A stretch of 32,000 nt of DNA from NCBI RefSeq assembly GCF_000018465.1, contig NC_010085.1, positions 1,170,001 through 1,202,000 on the forward strand, in the 5' to 3' direction. Position 1 is the stretch's first letter. Each line of letters begins with the position of its first letter. Below the pieces are notes generated by a model. That model did no database searches and had not been told where the DNA came from. It worked only from the letters and a program-made list of their open reading frames with translations. Below, one piece after another: positions 25,181-32,000 of this stretch. This stretch comes from Nitrosopumilus maritimus SCM1. Lineage in GTDB: Archaea > Thermoproteota > Nitrososphaeria > Nitrososphaerales > Nitrosopumilaceae. The translations under genes were made by a program, and so were the position numbers.

Positions 25181-25188
25181 TTATAAAT
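25181..25188 (+). promoter_or_regulatory. TATA-like box TTATAAAT for the cupredoxin gene
   Basis: Lies 24-31 nt upstream of ATG 25212, implying a leaderless mRNA. Confidence 0.35.
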
Positions 25189-25211
25189 CCCAGAATTTCC
25201 AATAATATGGT

Positions 25212-25736
25212 ATGAAACGCAGTTCAAAAACAATGGCCGTATTAGTTATGATTTTTGCAGTTTCAATAGTTTCTCTTTCAATTAATGTAGCAAGTGCACA
25301 AGCAGTACCAGAATGGGTAAAAAATACGGCATTGTGGTATGGTGAAGGAATTGTTTCAGAGGGAGAATTTCTCAATATGATAAAATTCTTGATTGAAAAT
25401 GAGGTAATTGTAATAGACAACATAAAGGAACCAATGCCTCAAGTATCTGATGCACAGATTATCATTCCAAATGGAAACTATGATGTCACAGGTGCAGGAT
25501 TTTACTCACCATTGAATTTAGAGATTCCAGTAGGAACTACAGTAACATGGACAAATGATGATTCAGTACCACACAACATCCAAAGTATAGATGTCAATGG
25601 AAAGGTCATTCAGTTATTTAACAGTCCACCATTAAATACAGGAGATAGATTTGAGCATGTATTTGAAGAAGAAGGTGTTTACAAGTACTATTGTTCTTTC
25701 CACCCTTGGAGAGTAGGACTAGTTACAGTATCATAG
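25212..25736 (+). CDS. Secreted or anchored type-1 (blue) copper protein, cupredoxin fold, lacking the axial Met
   Basis: Signal or anchor MAVLVMIFAVSIVSLSINVASAQA. Cupredoxin motifs TVTWTNDDSVPHN and GVYKYYCSFHPWRVGLVTV. In the C-x2-H-x2-M position the residue is Arg (AGA at 25710-25712). Confidence 0.85.
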   Translation: MKRSSKTMAVLVMIFAVSIVSLSINVASAQAVPEWVKNTALWYGEGIVSEGEFLNMIKFLIENEVIVIDNIKEPMPQVSDAQIIIPNGNYDVTGAGFYSPLNLEIPVGTTVTWTNDDSVPHNIQSIDVNGKVIQLFNSPPLNTGDRFEHVFEEEGVYKYYCSFHPWRVGLVTVS

Positions 25737-25749
25737 AGTCAACACAACT

Positions 25750-25768
25750 CAAAAAATAATAAAATAAG
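25750..25768 (-). terminator. T-rich tract (minus strand) downstream of the enoyl-CoA hydratase gene
   Basis: The minus strand reads CTTATTTTATTATTTTTTG, about 18 nt after the stop. Confidence 0.3.
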
Positions 25769-25785
25769 AAGGAAATAGGAAATAG

Positions 25786-26556
<771 letters not shown>

Positions 26557-26583
26557 TCAAGCCATGTGAGACTTAAATGTTAT

Positions 26584-28743
<2,160 letters not shown>

Positions 28744-29427
28744 TCAAAGTTGAAATTCTGATTTGAAATTATTGTAAAAATTCTTCATATTCGATTTTAC
28801 AGTTGAAATATTTTCATCAATATCAGAACGGATTTTTTTTGGATCGATGTAAGGGATTTTTTGCAATTTTTCTTCAGTGTTATCAAGCCAGAGATTTACC
28901 ATCTCTTCATTTACCTCCAAATGAAATTGCAATCCAACTGCGCTTTTGTATCTGAATGCTTGGTTTTGGTAATGCTCAGATGAGGCTAGATTAATCGCAC
29001 CTTCAGGCAAGTCAAAGGTGTCACCATGCCAATGAAATACAGTAAAGGGGTTTTGAAAGCCAGAAAACAATCCAGAGTTATATGAGACCTGAAGATCATT
29101 GTAAAACCCAATCTCTTTTTTTAGACCAGAGTAAACTTTGCCACCAAATGTTTTTGCAATTAACTGAGAACCCAAACAAATTCCCAAAACAGGAATATTT
29201 TTTTCAACAGAATTTTTGATTAGTTGTTGTTCATCTCTAAGATAAGGCAAATCATCATTTGCACTTTCAGGAGCTCCTAAAATTACAACAAGAGAAAAAT
29301 CTTTGTCTGGAAGTTTCTCATGTTTTGCATTAACTGATGTAATATCAAATCCATCTTTCTTTAACAAGTCACCAAGATATCCAGAACCTTCGATTCTTGT
29401 GTTTTGTACAAGTAATACATCAGACAT
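28744..29427 (-). CDS. Class-I glutamine amidotransferase-like protein (stand-alone GATase1)
   Basis: Nucleophile elbow VLGICLGSQL and LQFHLE (His/Glu). ATG 29427 is preferred over TTG 29442. Confidence 0.8.
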   Translation of the reverse strand: MSDVLLVQNTRIEGSGYLGDLLKKDGFDITSVNAKHEKLPDKDFSLVVILGAPESANDDLPYLRDEQQLIKNSVEKNIPVLGICLGSQLIAKTFGGKVYSGLKKEIGFYNDLQVSYNSGLFSGFQNPFTVFHWHGDTFDLPEGAINLASSEHYQNQAFRYKSAVGLQFHLEVNEEMVNLWLDNTEEKLQKIPYIDPKKIRSDIDENISTVKSNMKNFYNNFKSEFQL

Positions 29428-29475
29428 GTTTTGTATATACAAAAGTGCTTAATATGTTAAAATGAATTTAGAAGT

Positions 29476-29850
29476 GTGCTCGTTACAGAACAAGAGATTT
29501 CAGAATTACAAAAATTTGTTTTTCAATTGAATTCAGGAAATGGTGTTGTAATAGTTGAAGGTAAAAGAGATTTCAATGCACTAAGAAAGATTGGATATCA
29601 AGGAGAAATTTTAGAATTTCACAAGTTTGGTGGAATCAATAATTTTGCAGACTCTGTTGCTAAATACAAAAAAATTATTCTTTTGTTTGATAGAGACAAA
29701 AAAGGACGATACCTAACTGGTAAAACAATTCAATTACTCCAAAGAAGAACAAAATTGGATCTTTCTTACAAAAAGAAATTACGACAAATTACAAGAGGAA
29801 AGATAATGTTTATTGAACAACTAGTTTGTTACGAGTCTTACTTTGCCTAA
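29476..29850 (+). CDS. Small Toprim-domain protein (RNase M5 / small primase-like)
   Basis: Toprim Glu (VVIVEGKRDFNAL) and DxD (LLFDRDKKG). GTG is the only start after an in-frame stop. Confidence 0.7.
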   Translation: MLVTEQEISELQKFVFQLNSGNGVVIVEGKRDFNALRKIGYQGEILEFHKFGGINNFADSVAKYKKIILLFDRDKKGRYLTGKTIQLLQRRTKLDLSYKKKLRQITRGKIMFIEQLVCYESYFA

Positions 29851-31121
29851 GGCCAGATACCTTTTGTGTTAAAGGCATCAAGAACTCTTTCTACTGCCAA
29901 AACCATGGTTGCTTTTCTCATGTCGATTTTGTGCTTCTTTGATAATGCATAAGCATCTTTGAATCCTTGAGTGATGTTCTTCTCCATCTTGTTTGCAACC
30001 TCATCAAAGGTCCAATAGTAACCCATGTTGTTTTGAACCCACTCCAGGTATGAGATACATACACCACCAGAGTTGGCCAAGATATCAGGAATAACCAAAA
30101 TGTTCTTTTTGTAAATGATTGGGTCTGCTTCAGGTAGTGTTGGACCGTTTGCAGCTTCGGCAATAATTTTACATTTTAGATTTTTAGCAATTTTAGCATC
30201 AATTTGATTTTCCAGTGCACCTGGAACTAGTACATCACATTTTGTTGTAAGTAATTCTTCAGTAGAGATTTTTTTGCTACCAGGGAATCCAACTACGCTT
30301 CCTTTCTTTTGTTTATGTTCAAGGATTTTGCTAACCTTTGCACCTTTTGGAATTGAGATGGAACCTTTAGAGTCACTGACTGCAATTACTTTTGCACCCA
30401 TCTTCTCCAAGTATTCACCTGCAAATGTTGATGCATTACCAAATCCTTGCAAAACAACTTTGGCTCCTTTGAGATTAACTTTCAGTGTCTTTGCAGCTTC
30501 TCTAACGGTATATGCTGCACCTAAACCAGTTGCAACATTTCTTGCAAGAGAACCACCCATTGAGATTGGTTTACCAGTAATAACTCCTGGAGAGTATTTG
30601 TTTCCGTTTAGTTTGCTAAATGTATCCATGATTTGTGTCATCTCTTTTCCTGTTGTGTAAACATCAGGAGCTGGGATGTCTTTTTCTGGACCAATAACTT
30701 CAGAAATTTTATATGCAAATCCACGAGTAAGTCTTTCTAATTCATTTTCACTAAGCTTTTCAGTTTTTGGATTAACGTAAATTCCACCTTTACCGCCACC
30801 TAGTGGAACATCAACAATGGCACATTTCCAAGTCATCCAAGATGAGAGTGCCATGACTTCGCGTTCCATGTACTCAACACCACCTTCTGGGTTGAAGTAT
30901 CTGATACCGCCTTTGTAAGGACCTCTATCGTTATTGTGTTGACTTCTAAAACCGGTGAAAACTCTAACCTTTCCATTATCCATAGTAACTGGAATTTTTA
31001 CTCTGAGAATTCTATTTGGTATTGCAAGATAATCGCGTATACCTTTGTCTTTAATTCCAAGAATATCACATGCATCATTAACCTGTTTTGTTGCATTTGC
31101 AAAAGGATCATTCTTTACCAA
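29847..31121 (-). CDS. gdhA: Glutamate dehydrogenase
   Basis: GGGKGG catalytic-Lys motif, QGFGNAS dinucleotide fold, and an N-terminus MVKNDPF... that aligns with archaeal GDH N-termini. The start is TTG, the only canonical start before an upstream stop. Confidence 0.95.
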   Translation of the reverse strand: MVKNDPFANATKQVNDACDILGIKDKGIRDYLAIPNRILRVKIPVTMDNGKVRVFTGFRSQHNNDRGPYKGGIRYFNPEGGVEYMEREVMALSSWMTWKCAIVDVPLGGGKGGIYVNPKTEKLSENELERLTRGFAYKISEVIGPEKDIPAPDVYTTGKEMTQIMDTFSKLNGNKYSPGVITGKPISMGGSLARNVATGLGAAYTVREAAKTLKVNLKGAKVVLQGFGNASTFAGEYLEKMGAKVIAVSDSKGSISIPKGAKVSKILEHKQKKGSVVGFPGSKKISTEELLTTKCDVLVPGALENQIDAKIAKNLKCKIIAEAANGPTLPEADPIIYKKNILVIPDILANSGGVCISYLEWVQNNMGYYWTFDEVANKMEKNITQGFKDAYALSKKHKIDMRKATMVLAVERVLDAFNTKGIWP

Positions 31122-31195
31122 GACGATCGATCTAGGAATATTCCAATTATATAAGTTTGGTTAAAAATTCCTGATCGCATTTCATAAAATGTGAA

Positions 31196-31579
31196 TTAGA
31201 TGTAGACTTTTTTGTGATTCATCTTTCTGTCCAGTTTATCAATTGCCTCATCTAAAGCAGAGATATTCATTTCAAGAAAGTTAGACAAGTGGAATATTGC
31301 ACCATATTTTTCACCAATTTTTGAGACCATGTTGTTTTTCTCAAGTACTTTCATGTGATGTTGTACGGCTTTGTAATCAAGTTCAAGTTCTTGAGATAAT
31401 TGATGAGTGTTGTATGGTTTATCAAGCAAACTCATAATGATTCTAAGTCTTGTAAATCCACCGCGAGTGCTTGTAAACAAGTAAAATAGTAATTTTCTGG
31501 TTTGTTTATCGGGTTTTCTTTGCTCAGATTCTTGTCTAGATCTAAGAATTTCTTTAAACTCTAGTAATTGATTTGTCAT
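31196..31579 (-). CDS. ArsR-type winged-helix transcriptional regulator
   Basis: RLRIIMSLLDKPYNTHQLSQELELDYKAVQHHMKVLEKNNMV. Confidence 0.65.
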   Translation of the reverse strand: MTNQLLEFKEILRSRQESEQRKPDKQTRKLLFYLFTSTRGGFTRLRIIMSLLDKPYNTHQLSQELELDYKAVQHHMKVLEKNNMVSKIGEKYGAIFHLSNFLEMNISALDEAIDKLDRKMNHKKVYI

Positions 31580-31657
31580 GTTTCTTAAGGAAGATATGCT
31601 CGTTTTGCTTAAAACAGTATTTCCAGATCTTTTCCATATTCAGCCTCGACAATTACC

Positions 31658-31665
31658 CTTAAATT
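31658..31665 (+). promoter_or_regulatory. TATA-like box CTTAAATT for psmA
   Basis: Lies 25-32 nt upstream of ATG 31690. Confidence 0.3.
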
Positions 31666-31689
31666 GACTGAGGATGAACTCGTGATGAT

Positions 31690-32000
31690 ATGATGGCATC
31701 AAAGGGTTATGATATGACCCCTACAATGTATTCTCCAGACGGCAGAATTTACCAAGTCGAATATGCTATTGAGACTGTAAAAAGAGGAACTTTAGCAATT
31801 GGTGTTGCCAGTAAACAAGGAGTCATCATGGCAGTTGAGGAAAAACCTCGCACATTACAAAGTACTGATGTTACACAGAAAATTTTCCAAGTAGATTATC
31901 ACATTGGTGTTGCAGCAGCAGGATACATCCCAGATGCACGTGTTCAAGTTGACAGTGCAAGATTCTTCTCACAGGGAAACAGAATGACCTATGATGAATC
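31690..32000 (+). CDS. psmA: Proteasome subunit alpha (5' part; runs off the window)
   Basis: Hand translation: MMASKGYDMTPTMYSPDGRIYQVEYAIETVKRGTLAIGVASKQGVIMAVEEK..., with the hallmark YSPDGRIYQVEYA. Not in the ORF track because there is no stop inside the window. Confidence 0.9.
   Translation, partial: MMASKGYDMTPTMYSPDGRIYQVEYAIETVKRGTLAIGVASKQGVIMAVEEKPRTLQSTDVTQKIFQVDYHIGVAAAGYIPDARVQVDSARFFSQGNRMTYDE

Noticed and set aside
25181-25423. 80-aa minus-strand ORF overlapping the cupredoxin start and promoter.
   Set aside because: It overlaps a well-supported plus-strand gene and the TATA-like box. Its translation has no motifs and looks like an antisense shadow.
25771-25785. Tandem GGAAATA GGAAATA directly abutting the hydratase stop codon.
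   Set aside because: Only two copies of a 7-mer in A-rich 3' flanking sequence, which is too short to separate from chance and has no obvious structure.

Overview
AT-rich, tightly packed archaeal chromosome segment; most spacers are under 150 nt and many genes overlap by 1-14 nt. Gene content points to a Nitrosopumilus-type ammonia-oxidising thaumarchaeon: a LysW carrier-protein Lys/Arg cluster, an archaeal DnaG, a proteasome alpha subunit, CTP-type RibK/RibL flavin enzymes, a cupredoxin, and an enoyl-CoA hydratase next to an ADP-forming acyl-CoA synthetase. From memory, cupredoxin / hydratase / synthetase matches the N. maritimus order Nmar_1307/1308/1309, but this needs a BLAST check. I found no rRNA, tRNA, CRISPR array, transposase or integrase. 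Layout: (1) 133-4807, an island of membrane or secreted proteins (tandem rhodanese, DsrE-like protein, two His/Asp-rich secreted proteins, small ORFs) bracketed by two paralogous double-wHTH regulators; (2) 4917-7909, a NitT/TauT-type ABC transporter; (3) 8045-17165, argG plus a two-part LysW cluster with two carriers and two ligases; (4) 17165-23611, dphB-extension fusion, ribL, sensor kinase, usp, ribK/rbkR, dnaG, iscA; (5) 23703-25124, a wHTH / RHH-domain / CBS operon divergent from the cupredoxin; (6) 25786-32000, hydratase, synthetase, GATase1, small Toprim protein, gdhA, wHTH regulator, partial psmA. Best candidates for new biology are the extracytoplasmic island (especially the secreted pair at 2926-4213), the second LysW paralog ending in Gln rather than the ligatable Glu, and the uncharacterised regulatory operon beside the Met-less cupredoxin. 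All functional calls come from reading the translations by eye; no searches were run.
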